Shown here: positions 27,596 to 37,136 of the stretch, piece by piece
Position numbering within the stretch: position 1 is the first letter of the stretch
Layout of the letters: each line of letters starts with the position of its first letter
Source: an uncultured Methanosarcinales archaeon
GTDB taxonomy: Archaea; Nanobdellota; Nanobdellia; Woesearchaeales; UBA12501
Assembly (NCBI GenBank): GCA_964459835.1
Contig: CAYWPA010000002.1
Span: 48,711 to 112,710, forward strand
DNA: 64,000 bases
Direction of reading: 5' to 3'
The notes under the pieces: generated by a model
What the model was told of the DNA's origin: nothing
What the model saw: only the letters and a program-made list of their open reading frames with translations
Databases searched by the model: none
Translations under genes and position numbers: made by a program

Positions 27596-28197
27596 CCAAC
27601 TTTTATCCTGTGTATTTTTCTTTTATGAAACAGCTGCGAAGCCTTTATCGGCAGATCATGCTCTGTGTAATGCGTTACTTCAAACTTATTGTCTTTGCCT
27701 ATCTTTTCAATGAAGCTTTGGCTTGTTGCCTTGTGCATTGTATAAATAACTTTGCTGATATTAAAAGCTTTCTCCAGAAAAGCCCTGTCTGCATGCCTTT
27801 GTTTTGTTCCAAATGGTGGATTTTCAACAACAACATCTACATTTTCATCAAAGTCTTTAATGTCTTTTTCAACAAACACAGCTTTTTTCTTGTCTGCTCC
27901 TGCATTTTCTAAATTCTCCTTTGCAATCTCCATTGCCTTTTCATCTTTTTCAACAAAATAAACCAATTCCGCTCCAAGCAGCAGACATCCAATCCCCAAA
28001 ATCCCTGTTCCGCTGCCTAAATCAGCAATCACCTTTCCCTCAATGTCATCATTCATGTAGGCATTCCACAAAACTTCTGCAGCTATCTCTGAATCAGTAG
28101 GATATTGCTCTTCCTTTATGTTTGGATCTTCAAATACCTTTAATTTTGAGAGCTCGATTGCCAGCCTTGACTTGGAACCTATCATTATAAGCAACAT
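27565..28197 (-). CDS. METTL5-like N6-adenine rRNA methyltransferase (NPPF motif)
   Basis: DLGSGTGILGI SAM motif and catalytic NPPFG. Confidence 0.65.
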   Translation of the reverse strand: MLLIMIGSKSRLAIELSKLKVFEDPNIKEEQYPTDSEIAAEVLWNAYMNDDIEGKVIADLGSGTGILGIGCLLLGAELVYFVEKDEKAMEIAKENLENAGADKKKAVFVEKDIKDFDENVDVVVENPPFGTKQRHADRAFLEKAFNISKVIYTMHKATSQSFIEKIGKDNKFEVTHYTEHDLPIKASQLFHKRKIHRIKVGCWRMEKSKE

Positions 28198-28285
28198 TCC
28201 AGTATTATTTTTATATTTTTGCTAATATTCTGCAGAAATTATATTTTCAAACACATATTTTTGCAACACAACAATCTTTATAAAT

Positions 28286-28870
28286 ATGGGGCTTTCTATT
28301 TTAGCCGGGGGTGTAAGATTGAAGAGTGTTTTAAAGAGGGATAGAGATTTTTCTCAGCAAGTAACATTACTTGACAAAAGCCTAAAGCTTTCCTTTGCAG
28401 CTGTAAAGGAAGAATTTGATGAGCATCTTCTTGCCATAAACGAAAGCACAACAGAACTTCAGGTCCACGATGCAAAGCTTGAGGAGATTGATAACAAAAT
28501 AGAGAAGGTTGCCTCCAGGCTTGATGAACTTTCCATGATGATTAAGCAGTTTGCCATGCAGAGCAGGTATAATATTGACCTTGGCTATTTTGAGCAGAAG
28601 GTATTTATGGCTTTGTACATGTTTGAAAACGGATTTTTAAGTTTGGAGGATATATCCAAAAAGTCTTCTGTTCCTTTGTTCCAGATAAGGGAAATAATAA
28701 CATCAATGCTTGACAAGGGAGTAAGAATGACAAGAGATGTTGTTGAAGGCAAAGTTCTTTTTAAGCTTGAAGACAGCTTCAGGCAGAAGCAGGCAGTTGA
28801 GCAGGTTGTGAAAATATCCTCTCATATTTCATTGCAGCTTGAGAACAAGCCATTGGAGATGTTCTTTTAG
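28286..28870 (+). CDS. hypothetical protein (194 aa)
   Basis: Complete ORF with coiled-coil centre; unknown family. Confidence 0.4.
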   Translation: MGLSILAGGVRLKSVLKRDRDFSQQVTLLDKSLKLSFAAVKEEFDEHLLAINESTTELQVHDAKLEEIDNKIEKVASRLDELSMMIKQFAMQSRYNIDLGYFEQKVFMALYMFENGFLSLEDISKKSSVPLFQIREIITSMLDKGVRMTRDVVEGKVLFKLEDSFRQKQAVEQVVKISSHISLQLENKPLEMFF

Positions 28871-28939
28871 TCACTAATATAGGACATTGCTTCTAAATAA
28901 GATGGAAATATTTTTATAATTAAATAGAATTCCAAAAAC

Positions 28940-30445
28940 ATGATTGAAATAGTTGATTGCGGAAGCCAGCTAACGCAAAATATTGCAAGAAGAGTTAGAG
29001 AATTAGGCGTTTATGCAGCCATTGTTCCTTTTGATAAATTAAGTCCAGCAAGAAGTGATCTAGAAGGAAGAATAATCTCTGGAGGGCCGTTTAGTGTTTA
29101 TGATAAAGGGGCCCCGCTTTATCCAAAAAGAATTTTAGAGTCAAATATCCCAACGCTTGGAATTTGCTATGGCCAGCAGTCAATAGCCTTCCTTTTAGGA
29201 GGCACTGTTGTGCCAACAAATGAAAGGGAATATGGAGATACAAAAGTTATGTTGGGAAAGGAAAGCCTTTTGTTCAAAGGAGTGCCAACGGAGTCAACAG
29301 TAAGGATGAGCCACGGCGATATAGTTGAAGAGGCCCCGCAAGGTTTTGATGTCATTGCAGTTTCCAGCGGCGGCCATATTGCAGCAATGCAAAGAGGCAA
29401 TATTTATGCTGTTCAGTTTCATCCTGAGGTAGACCATACAGAATATGGAAGACAGATATTAGATAATTTTTTGAAGATATGCAATGCAGGAAGAACATGG
29501 GACCCAGAGAAGTATATTGATGCAATTATAGAAAAAACAAGAGAGCAAGTAAAAGGAAAAGTTGGCGTTGGCGGGATAAGCGGAGGAGTTGATTCTACAA
29601 CGGCAGCTGTGTTGCTTTCGCAAATAACAGAAAACTTCTACCCTATTTTTGTTGACAATGGGCTGTTAAGAAAAGATGAAGCAGAAGAAGTTAGAAGAAG
29701 TTTAGATGGCTTTAACATCAATGTGTTGTTTGTTGATGCAAGCGAGAGATTTCTTGCAAAATTAAGAGGCGTTACAGATCCGGATGAAAAAAGAAGGATA
29801 ATAGGCCATGAGTTCATCGCTGTTTTTGATGAAGAGGCAAAACAATTTGGAGCAGAATATCTTTTGCAGGGCACGCTTTATCCAGATGTTATTGAAAGTG
29901 TTCCAGTCTACGGCTCGTCTTCAAAGATAAAAAGGCACCATAATGTAGGGGGATTGCCAGAGAAAATGGATTTAGAGATTGTTGAGCCTTTTAGGGAATT
30001 GTTTAAAGATGAGGTTAGGAAGATTGCAGAGCATAGGCTTGGCTTGCCAAAGGAAATCGTCTGGAGACACCCTTTTCCAGGCCCAGGTTTGGCTGTAAGG
30101 ATTTTAGGAGAGGTATCCCCTGAAAAGCTTAGACTTTTAAGAGAAGCAGACACTATATTTATTGAAGAATTAAAGGCAAGAGGGCTTTATTATGACATCA
30201 GCCAGGCATTTGCTGTTCTGCCAAATGCTCAGTCTGTCGGTGTTATGGGTGATGCTGGCACTTATGAAGGCATTATTGGCTTGAGGGCTGTGACAACAAA
30301 TGATTTTATGACTTCTGATTGGTTTGAGTTTAAGAAAGAAGACTTAACAGCAATTGCAAACAGGATAATAAATGAAGTCAAAGGCATAAATCGCGTTGTT
30401 TATGATGTCAGCCAGAAGCCTCCGTCCACAATTGAGTGGGAATGA
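28940..30445 (+). CDS. guaA: GMP synthase (fused GATase + ATP-pyrophosphatase)
   Basis: GICYGQQ (catalytic Cys), SGGVDSTTAA PP-loop and a C-terminal dimerisation domain. Confidence 0.9.
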   Translation: MIEIVDCGSQLTQNIARRVRELGVYAAIVPFDKLSPARSDLEGRIISGGPFSVYDKGAPLYPKRILESNIPTLGICYGQQSIAFLLGGTVVPTNEREYGDTKVMLGKESLLFKGVPTESTVRMSHGDIVEEAPQGFDVIAVSSGGHIAAMQRGNIYAVQFHPEVDHTEYGRQILDNFLKICNAGRTWDPEKYIDAIIEKTREQVKGKVGVGGISGGVDSTTAAVLLSQITENFYPIFVDNGLLRKDEAEEVRRSLDGFNINVLFVDASERFLAKLRGVTDPDEKRRIIGHEFIAVFDEEAKQFGAEYLLQGTLYPDVIESVPVYGSSSKIKRHHNVGGLPEKMDLEIVEPFRELFKDEVRKIAEHRLGLPKEIVWRHPFPGPGLAVRILGEVSPEKLRLLREADTIFIEELKARGLYYDISQAFAVLPNAQSVGVMGDAGTYEGIIGLRAVTTNDFMTSDWFEFKKEDLTAIANRIINEVKGINRVVYDVSQKPPSTIEWE

Positions 30446-30741
30446 ACCACTCACTTTTTGCTGCTTTTTTTCCTGTTTTTATATATTTTACATATGCTTT
30501 CTGCTGACCACTCACTTTTTTGCCTTAATTTTGGCATTTTACCTACTCATTTCTGAATGTTTTCGTTTCATTATCTTTCCTATTTGCTTTTTATTATTTT
30601 ATCTATTTGTTGTCGGGATTATATATACATTACATAAAAAATAATATCGACAGTATAATTGAATTTTACAGAATCAAAAAAGAAAAAATACTTACAGCTA
30701 TCAGGCAAAATAAGAAAATAAAAGAATAAAAACAAAAAACT

Positions 30742-31353
30742 TTAAGCTTCTACTATATTTTCTTGCTTTTCCTGCTGGTTCTGCTGCTGGGTTTCTGCAA
30801 TCTTCTCGTTTTTAATGGTTCTCTGCAACTCCCTGATCAGCTTCTGTGTTTCATCCATGTTGTTTTTAATGGCTAGAATAGCCTTCTCAAAGGCCATTTC
30901 CAATGTGTTTCCACTCAGCTTATACCCGATAACAACCTTTCCTTCGCTGATATAGCTTGTTTTTACGATCAGGCTGATATCTGTCCATCGCTTTAAGTAG
31001 TCATACATTGTCTGCCTTGTAATCCCAGCATAATATCCCATCTGCTCAACTGTCATTACAGCCAATTCCGGCTTTTTCTGTCTGTAAGCCTGCTTGCTTC
31101 TCTCGTACATCTCTACCATAACCCGGTACATCTTATCGGTAGAGCCTTTTTTTCTTGGCATTAAGCCGATTCTTGACAGAACAACATTTGCCAATTCGTC
31201 AGTACTTGGATTTAAGCTAGGCTGCACATCCGTCAATATGATTTTTGCGGTTTTGAATTTAATCACCTCCACAAACACATATATGGTATATACTTCTTCT
31301 GGGATTTTATTTAAAAGCTTTTGGTATTCTGCCGACAAGGAAAAAAGTTTCAA
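30742..31353 (-). CDS. winged-helix DNA-binding protein (203 aa)
   Basis: Central HTH VEQMGYYAGITRQTMYDYLKRW plus a wing; Q/E-rich tail. Confidence 0.45.
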   Translation of the reverse strand: MKLFSLSAEYQKLLNKIPEEVYTIYVFVEVIKFKTAKIILTDVQPSLNPSTDELANVVLSRIGLMPRKKGSTDKMYRVMVEMYERSKQAYRQKKPELAVMTVEQMGYYAGITRQTMYDYLKRWTDISLIVKTSYISEGKVVIGYKLSGNTLEMAFEKAILAIKNNMDETQKLIRELQRTIKNEKIAETQQQNQQEKQENIVEA

Positions 31354-31793
31354 AAGTAGTTTTTTGTTTTTGCTTAAAGATTTTAGTTCAGTTATTTTAT
31401 TGTTTTTTTCTCTGTTTGATAAAAATAAAAAAACAATAAAAAATAAACAAAATACTTTGCACTCTGCTTAAAGGTTTTTGTTATTTTTATATATACTGCT
31501 TATAATGCATTAAAAACAAAAATCAACACTAAACCATGGCCTTTTGGCTCATTTTCTGACAAAAAACTTTAGTTTTTTTATTATTCGGAATTATTCCGAA
31601 TTTTCCTTTTTCAAAAAACTGGCTTATTTTGGCATTATCCCAAAATCAGAATTTTATTCTGGCATTATGCACTAAAAAAAGGAATTATGCCGACAAATTT
31701 CGCAAAACAAGTTCGAGGGGTCAAAACCCTAGAACCCAGGTTCTACAGCAAAACTCTGCAAAAGATGCAGAAATAGGGTAGATTGCAGGAGCA

Positions 31794-32153
31794 TTACTGT
31801 GTTTTTCCGACACCGTTCCTTAACTCAAGTATTTTGGACACCAAACTATCTACAACAGTTTTTTGATGTTCAATCAGTTCTGCTACTTTTATATTGTATC
31901 TTTCTGCCTCTTTTTCTGGAAGAACATATATATTTCCATTATCCAAATAAAAAACCCTTCCTCTAAGGCCGAATTCTTCTTCAATTCCATCAAAGTCAAA
32001 AATATCGGCAAGCTCCTGCCTTTCCGTATGTTTCCTTATTCTTTTTTCTTCTTCAGGTGTCATAGCATAGCCAAGAAATTCTCCATGCTCAGCCCTTAAA
32101 AATAACAAGTAATCATATTCAGGGGGAAGAAAATAACACGTTTTATTGCTCAT
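31794..32153 (-). CDS. hypothetical protein (119 aa)
   Basis: Complete ORF of unknown family, flanked by AT-rich repeats. Confidence 0.4.
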   Translation of the reverse strand: MSNKTCYFLPPEYDYLLFLRAEHGEFLGYAMTPEEEKRIRKHTERQELADIFDFDGIEEEFGLRGRVFYLDNGNIYVLPEKEAERYNIKVAELIEHQKTVVDSLVSKILELRNGVGKTQ

Positions 32154-32215
32154 TTCATATCACTGTAATTATATACTGTTATTTCAACTATAACAATGTT
32201 TCTATCCAAGGGTGC

Positions 32216-32344
32216 TGCCAACTTAAGTGCCAATGCTGCGCTCTGTTCGCTTCTTCATTTCTTTTTCGCATTCGAGGAACTCTCGCAATTGCTTCACCAT
32301 TTGAGCACGCCGCTTGGCAGCATTGGCACCTTGCTTGGCTTGAC
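32216..32344 (+). repeat. hairpin repeat element copy C
   Basis: TGCCAACTTAAGTGCCAATGCTGCGCTCTGTTCG ... CCGCTTGGCAGCATTGGCACCTTGCTTGGCTTGAC. Abuts the stop codon of 32346..34370. Confidence 0.7.
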
Positions 32345-32345
32345 C

Positions 32346-34370
32346 CTATCCAAGAATGTTAACAACAGGCTGCCTTTGCTTGTGGGGATACTCAATGATT
32401 AAGTCATTGTTGTTGCCGGCATCCTCTTTAATAAACAAAGCTCCATACTCTGTCAAGCCCATGTCTGTGCTGGAGTCAGCCTTTCCAAGCTTTATTGCAG
32501 ACTGGGAAGGAATATCAACATCAAGGACAGCATTTGAGGTAAACACAATGCTAACAGATTCATCACTGCTTCTCTCTCTTATATTTTTCTTTAAAGTTGT
32601 CAGAGTAATTGTCAAAGGAGAAGCTGGAGTCAATGAAGAGCCTAAATCCAGGATTCCTCCTCCTCTTGTAACTATATTTGCCTCATCTCCAAAGCTGTTG
32701 TCTCCTGTAAGGTCAACAGCTATTGGATTTCCAGAAGCATCTGAAATGAAAAAATTAAAAGAATCTCCGCTTATAGAAAAGCTTCCTTCTCCCAATACTC
32801 CTGCAGTTGAAGAAGGCAAATAAGCAGCTGTTATTGTTGATCCAGACTCATCATCAAACAGTATGGTGCTGCTTCCTGTATCGATTCCATCATACTTCAT
32901 AATGTTTGTTCTTCCATCATCTGTATTAGAGCTTGAAGCAGCAAAGAAGTCATTTTCTTCAATTACAAAGTCGGTATTTGAAGCCCCTTCTATGTAAATC
33001 AAATCCTGGTCTTCATCTCCATATTTAAATGTTACACTATTGTCCAGCAGAGGAATATCATATTCTTTTCCTGATGTGCTCTCAAACTGCAGCTTGTAAG
33101 CATCATCACCTGAAGAATCAAGCTTTATTATTGAAGTAGGGACATCTTCAAGACCTTCATACATAATATCCCATCCCCCTAGCATAGCACTGCCAATGTA
33201 ATCAGAAAGCTTTTCTCCGTCTTTCAGATAATATTCATCGCCTGCTTCAAACCTGTAAGTTATTGTGTTTAATGTATAAATATCTCCAGACCTGCTTCCT
33301 TTGATCCTTACTTTTCCTCCCTCAATTGTTTTCTGCCTTAATTTAACGCTTCTTTCAAATTCATTGTCAGCTGTGTTGCTGTCTTTGAAATTTATTTTTG
33401 ATGCTCCTACATACATCTCAATCAAATCCCTTCCATTTTCTCCTGCTTCTGTTGTTATTATCTCTCTAATTCCAACTTCGCTTCCGTCTGATAAAACATC
33501 AACCTCGCCTTCTTTTAGCTCAGATGTTGATTTTTCGTTTACTGTCAATTTTACGCTCTGTGCTGCATCGCTGACAATAGAAGCCCTTATGTTATATGTT
33601 GTTCCTCCTATTTTGTAAACTTTTGTCTCTCCTTCTCCTAAAATATCATGTATCTCTCCTGATATCAAGTCCAGCTCTACTCCATTATTGCTGTCTATCT
33701 TTGCCATTATAACAGCATAAGGCCTTCCAAGAATGTTTATTGTCTCGTCTTCCAGATCCACTAATCTTCCGTTGTCTATTTTGCTCTGCAACCCAGCTGC
33801 AAACTCTATTTCGTACTCAAAAATATCCTTGTCGTCAAAGAAAAGATAGTCTCTTGTCTCTCCGCCGTCTTTTTTAAAAACAGGTTTTCCTGACGATATT
33901 CCGTCGCTGTCAAACTTTAAGAATTGGGAATAAGGCGTTGCCTTTGTTTTTGTTGTTATTACTCCTCCCTGCAAAGCAGCCAAATTCGCCTGTGTCAAAA
34001 TCCTTACTTCTTCTCCTATTGATTCATTCAGCTGCAGGTTTTTAACCCTAAATACTCCCTGCTTGTTTACAGGCTCAATCGGAACTCCGCATTTTCCATC
34101 CTGGCAGCCGTAATGGCACGTTAATGCAACTTTTGTCCCCAACACACATCTCTGCAGAATATCTCCCTCGCAAATATCTTCTGTGCATTCAGCTTTTCTT
34201 TCTTCTGCTTCTTTTTTCGGCTCTTCTTCAGGCTTTTCTATTGTCTCGGGCCCTTTTTCTTCTTCAGCAGCCAGTGTTTCATTTATTTTATACTCCATAT
34301 CTTTTATTTTGCACCCAGAACTAAATATAATCAAAACAAAAACCATTAATATAAAAATTATTTTTTTCAT
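32346..34370 (-). CDS. large secreted Cys-rich/Gly-Asp-Ser-rich surface protein (674 aa)
   Basis: Signal peptide MKKIIFILMVFVLIIFSSGC, an N-terminal Cys cluster and a long beta-rich G/D/S/T region. Confidence 0.5.
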   Translation of the reverse strand: MKKIIFILMVFVLIIFSSGCKIKDMEYKINETLAAEEEKGPETIEKPEEEPKKEAEERKAECTEDICEGDILQRCVLGTKVALTCHYGCQDGKCGVPIEPVNKQGVFRVKNLQLNESIGEEVRILTQANLAALQGGVITTKTKATPYSQFLKFDSDGISSGKPVFKKDGGETRDYLFFDDKDIFEYEIEFAAGLQSKIDNGRLVDLEDETINILGRPYAVIMAKIDSNNGVELDLISGEIHDILGEGETKVYKIGGTTYNIRASIVSDAAQSVKLTVNEKSTSELKEGEVDVLSDGSEVGIREIITTEAGENGRDLIEMYVGASKINFKDSNTADNEFERSVKLRQKTIEGGKVRIKGSRSGDIYTLNTITYRFEAGDEYYLKDGEKLSDYIGSAMLGGWDIMYEGLEDVPTSIIKLDSSGDDAYKLQFESTSGKEYDIPLLDNSVTFKYGDEDQDLIYIEGASNTDFVIEENDFFAASSSNTDDGRTNIMKYDGIDTGSSTILFDDESGSTITAAYLPSSTAGVLGEGSFSISGDSFNFFISDASGNPIAVDLTGDNSFGDEANIVTRGGGILDLGSSLTPASPLTITLTTLKKNIRERSSDESVSIVFTSNAVLDVDIPSQSAIKLGKADSSTDMGLTEYGALFIKEDAGNNNDLIIEYPHKQRQPVVNILG

Positions 34371-35083
34371 CCTACATAGCTTAATCTTTTCTTTTTCTGC
34401 TCTTCTGTTGTAGCCTTTGCCTGCTCCATCAATCCCTTTAATTTGCTTTCAAACTTCTCTGCCTGCTCAAGCAAAGGAGCCGGATCAAGCTTTAATCCAA
34501 GGTACTTGTCCAGAACCTCTATGATCTTTGCGGCAGCCTTGCTGTCAGGCATCTGGCTTTCAGTCTCTGCAAATACGCATGAAAGCGCTGCTTTATCAGC
34601 CTCTGCAAGCAAAGCCCCTGTTACACCAACGATAATCCCTTCTTTTAATTCCTCTACGCCGATGTTCTTGAATTTTTTCTTGTTTTCCTCTTTGTTTGAA
34701 TAGAAAAAGCACTGCATCATGTCCTGCTCTATTGCTCCAGGAGAAGCAACTCCTTCCAGGCTTATTAACTCCTTTGCATCCAGCTGCTTTGCAATATCAA
34801 TTATAGCATCGGCTATCGCCCACTCAAAGCCTTGTACATTTGTAACTACATGGAATATCATTATGTTTGTCTTTTCATCATGGAATATCTCAATCGGCTT
34901 GACAATCTTTCCGTTATGGATTGCAATCATTGCAGGAAGGTCATCTATTTTAACTATTCCGATAGGCTTTGCCTTCAAGGCTTCTATTAAAAATTCTGTT
35001 GTGATTGTCCCTATTAATCCAAATCCTGGAAATCCCTCTATTATCGTAGGCTTCATGGGCTTTTTAGTTAGGGTTATTTTCAT
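34367..35083 (-). CDS. PAC2-family (proteasome assembly chaperone-like) protein
   Basis: IEGFPGFGLIG (GFPG.GL.G signature). Confidence 0.65.
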   Translation of the reverse strand: MKITLTKKPMKPTIIEGFPGFGLIGTITTEFLIEALKAKPIGIVKIDDLPAMIAIHNGKIVKPIEIFHDEKTNIMIFHVVTNVQGFEWAIADAIIDIAKQLDAKELISLEGVASPGAIEQDMMQCFFYSNKEENKKKFKNIGVEELKEGIIVGVTGALLAEADKAALSCVFAETESQMPDSKAAAKIIEVLDKYLGLKLDPAPLLEQAEKFESKLKGLMEQAKATTEEQKKKRLSYVG

Positions 35084-36040
35084 CTAAATGTTCACCTCTT
35101 CTAAAATCTTGTGCAGGTTTCTGCAAACATTTACAGAAAGCTCTATTTCTTTGCTTAATTCATCCTCTTTAACTTCTAATTTGTTTATCGTGAAAAGAAT
35201 GTTAGTTGTTTTTTCTTTGCATTCAGCAATTTTATCTTCAATGCTTTTTGTTGCAGTTCTTCCAATTGCTTTTTTTAAAGCATCAACAGACTTTTCCAAT
35301 GCCTTGAATTTTTCTTTTCCTGATTCAATATAATCAGCAACTTCAAACTCTTCAGCATCTTCCCGTTGTAACACGGCCCTAAGGGCATTCATCTGATTTC
35401 CAAGCTTCTCATTTAAATCATTAGCTTGTTTTGCGTTAATACGTGCAATATTTTGCAATAAAATCATGAAATTAGTACTTAACAAACGCTCAGTTTTTCT
35501 GGTGATCCTGCTTCTTGCCTTCATTCTCCTGTCGATTCTTCTTATCTTTTTTATCAGCTTTTCTTCCTCATTTACTTTTGATTTTAACTCGTCTGCCAGT
35601 CTTTTAGCGTTCTTTCTATTTGCAGGAAATTCGATTTTTATGCCATCCATAAGCATGAATGTGCTTTGAAGGTCGTTTTTCATTTCTTTTGTATTGACCT
35701 CAAGGCCTTGCATTAGCATCGCATTAAGCCTTTTTTCTTCATTTAGTGTATCGTTAATATTATTTTTTATATCTTCAACAATTTTTTTTGTATTTTGCAT
35801 ACCTTCTCTTGAAACTGCTGGCGCCTGTGCTGGTGCAGCTACTTCAGGCAGTGGAGATATATTTAACTTACTAGTAACCTTTCTCAGCTTCATAGCTAGG
35901 TCGTGGTTTGCTACACTTGCTCTCAATGCTATTTTGAATTTATCCCTATTATTCTTTGCAACTGCTTTTCCCCGAGCTATGATTTCTCCTATGCTTGCCA
36001 TTTTACATTGAATCCTCTCCTGCAGTGAATGCAGCTTCAA
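35084..36040 (-). CDS. coiled-coil protein (318 aa)
   Basis: Heptad-rich K/E/L sequence in an operon with the membrane paralogs. Confidence 0.45.
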   Translation of the reverse strand: MKLHSLQERIQCKMASIGEIIARGKAVAKNNRDKFKIALRASVANHDLAMKLRKVTSKLNISPLPEVAAPAQAPAVSREGMQNTKKIVEDIKNNINDTLNEEKRLNAMLMQGLEVNTKEMKNDLQSTFMLMDGIKIEFPANRKNAKRLADELKSKVNEEEKLIKKIRRIDRRMKARSRITRKTERLLSTNFMILLQNIARINAKQANDLNEKLGNQMNALRAVLQREDAEEFEVADYIESGKEKFKALEKSVDALKKAIGRTATKSIEDKIAECKEKTTNILFTINKLEVKEDELSKEIELSVNVCRNLHKILEEVNI

Positions 36041-37136
36041 AATTATCCATTAAATCTACATGTTGTCCTGTTAATCCTTCCCATTCCAATGCTTTATCTA
36101 CAAACTCATCTATTACATGCTCTTCAAGATGGGCTGTGTTTGGATCTGTTAAAAACCAATGGAATCTTGAATTTATATCATTTCCAAGATTGTGAAGATG
36201 TATTGTTAATTCATTAAGCTGATTCCATAAATCTGCATCAACAGGCGGCGCTCCTGCTGTAATATGCGCATGGTTTGCTGCAAGTATGTTATTTAACAAA
36301 TGTTCTAAATCTTCAAGCGTGCTTTCAAAATCATGCATAAATCCTTCAATTTCATGCAAATACTCGTGTAAATGTGCGACATGCGGCGCTCCTCCTCCGC
36401 CAGGTCCTCCATGACCGCCCCCGCCTCCTGGTCCAGCTCCTCCACCACCAGGGCCTCCTGCAGGCGGTGCTCCGCCGGCTGGCGGGTGTCCTCCACCACC
36501 AAATAAGCCTCCAAACCAGCCTCCAATAGCTCCTCCTGCTCCGCCAGTTAAAGCAAGGAAAGCATACACTATTGTCATTATTATTGCAATGCCTATTATG
36601 AATTGCGCAATGTTTCTTAAAGTAGGTATAAAAGTTACCTGTGTTCCTGAAACGTTTAAGAAATTACTTACAATTACTGCCAGCAGATAATAAGCCAAAG
36701 CTTTCATTCCATAATGAAATCTTGTAGGCTGCGGGAATGCTTTGTGTATACCATAAACCAGGCCAACAGTTGGAAGGCCGATAATAAATACAGTTGCAAC
36801 AATGCCATAAGACTGGAAGATTGCAGTCAAAATGCTTGCAGGCATAAAGGTTGTTGAAATCAAAGCAATGATAAAAGCAACTGTTGTCCTTATGTTCTTA
36901 TGCTCTTTATCAGCAAGGAATGGAATCATCCCTGAAACAGCATAAAGCACTGCAAAGAGCAGAATCCATATCATAAATTTTGCCCAGAACGTGAACTCAA
37001 GCCCAGACAATGTTCCCATGAACAAAATAGGCCTTAGCGCATTCATTATTGAGCCAGCAACATTGCCTATCTGCGCATAGGCAGAAGTAGCCAAAACAGC
37101 GAATACAAACAAATATGCTAATATCTTTTTGCTCAT
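36003..37136 (-). CDS. signal-peptide multi-TM protein with Gly/Pro-rich linker and His-rich C-terminal domain (paralog 1)
   Basis: SP ...SAYA|Q. TM core TTVAFIIALISTTFMPASILTAIFQSYGIVA is paralogous to 37133..39052. Low-complexity GGGGHPPAGGAPPAGGPGGGG, then an HxxH-rich tail. Confidence 0.5.
   Translation of the reverse strand: MSKKILAYLFVFAVLATSAYAQIGNVAGSIMNALRPILFMGTLSGLEFTFWAKFMIWILLFAVLYAVSGMIPFLADKEHKNIRTTVAFIIALISTTFMPASILTAIFQSYGIVATVFIIGLPTVGLVYGIHKAFPQPTRFHYGMKALAYYLLAVIVSNFLNVSGTQVTFIPTLRNIAQFIIGIAIIMTIVYAFLALTGGAGGAIGGWFGGLFGGGGHPPAGGAPPAGGPGGGGAGPGGGGGHGGPGGGGAPHVAHLHEYLHEIEGFMHDFESTLEDLEHLLNNILAANHAHITAGAPPVDADLWNQLNELTIHLHNLGNDINSRFHWFLTDPNTAHLEEHVIDEFVDKALEWEGLTGQHVDLMDNFEAAFTAGEDSM

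Noticed and set aside
30396-30644. 82-aa ORF in the T-rich tract after guaA
   Set aside because: Low-complexity Phe/Leu-rich translation of an AT/T-rich intergenic repeat region; overlaps the guaA 3' end.
32196-32402. Short ORFs overlapping hairpin repeat copies (32196..32402, 62416..62601, start of 16426..17418)
   Set aside because: They are generated by the repeat sequence itself. The nitroreductase's real start is the internal ATG at 16603, downstream of the element.
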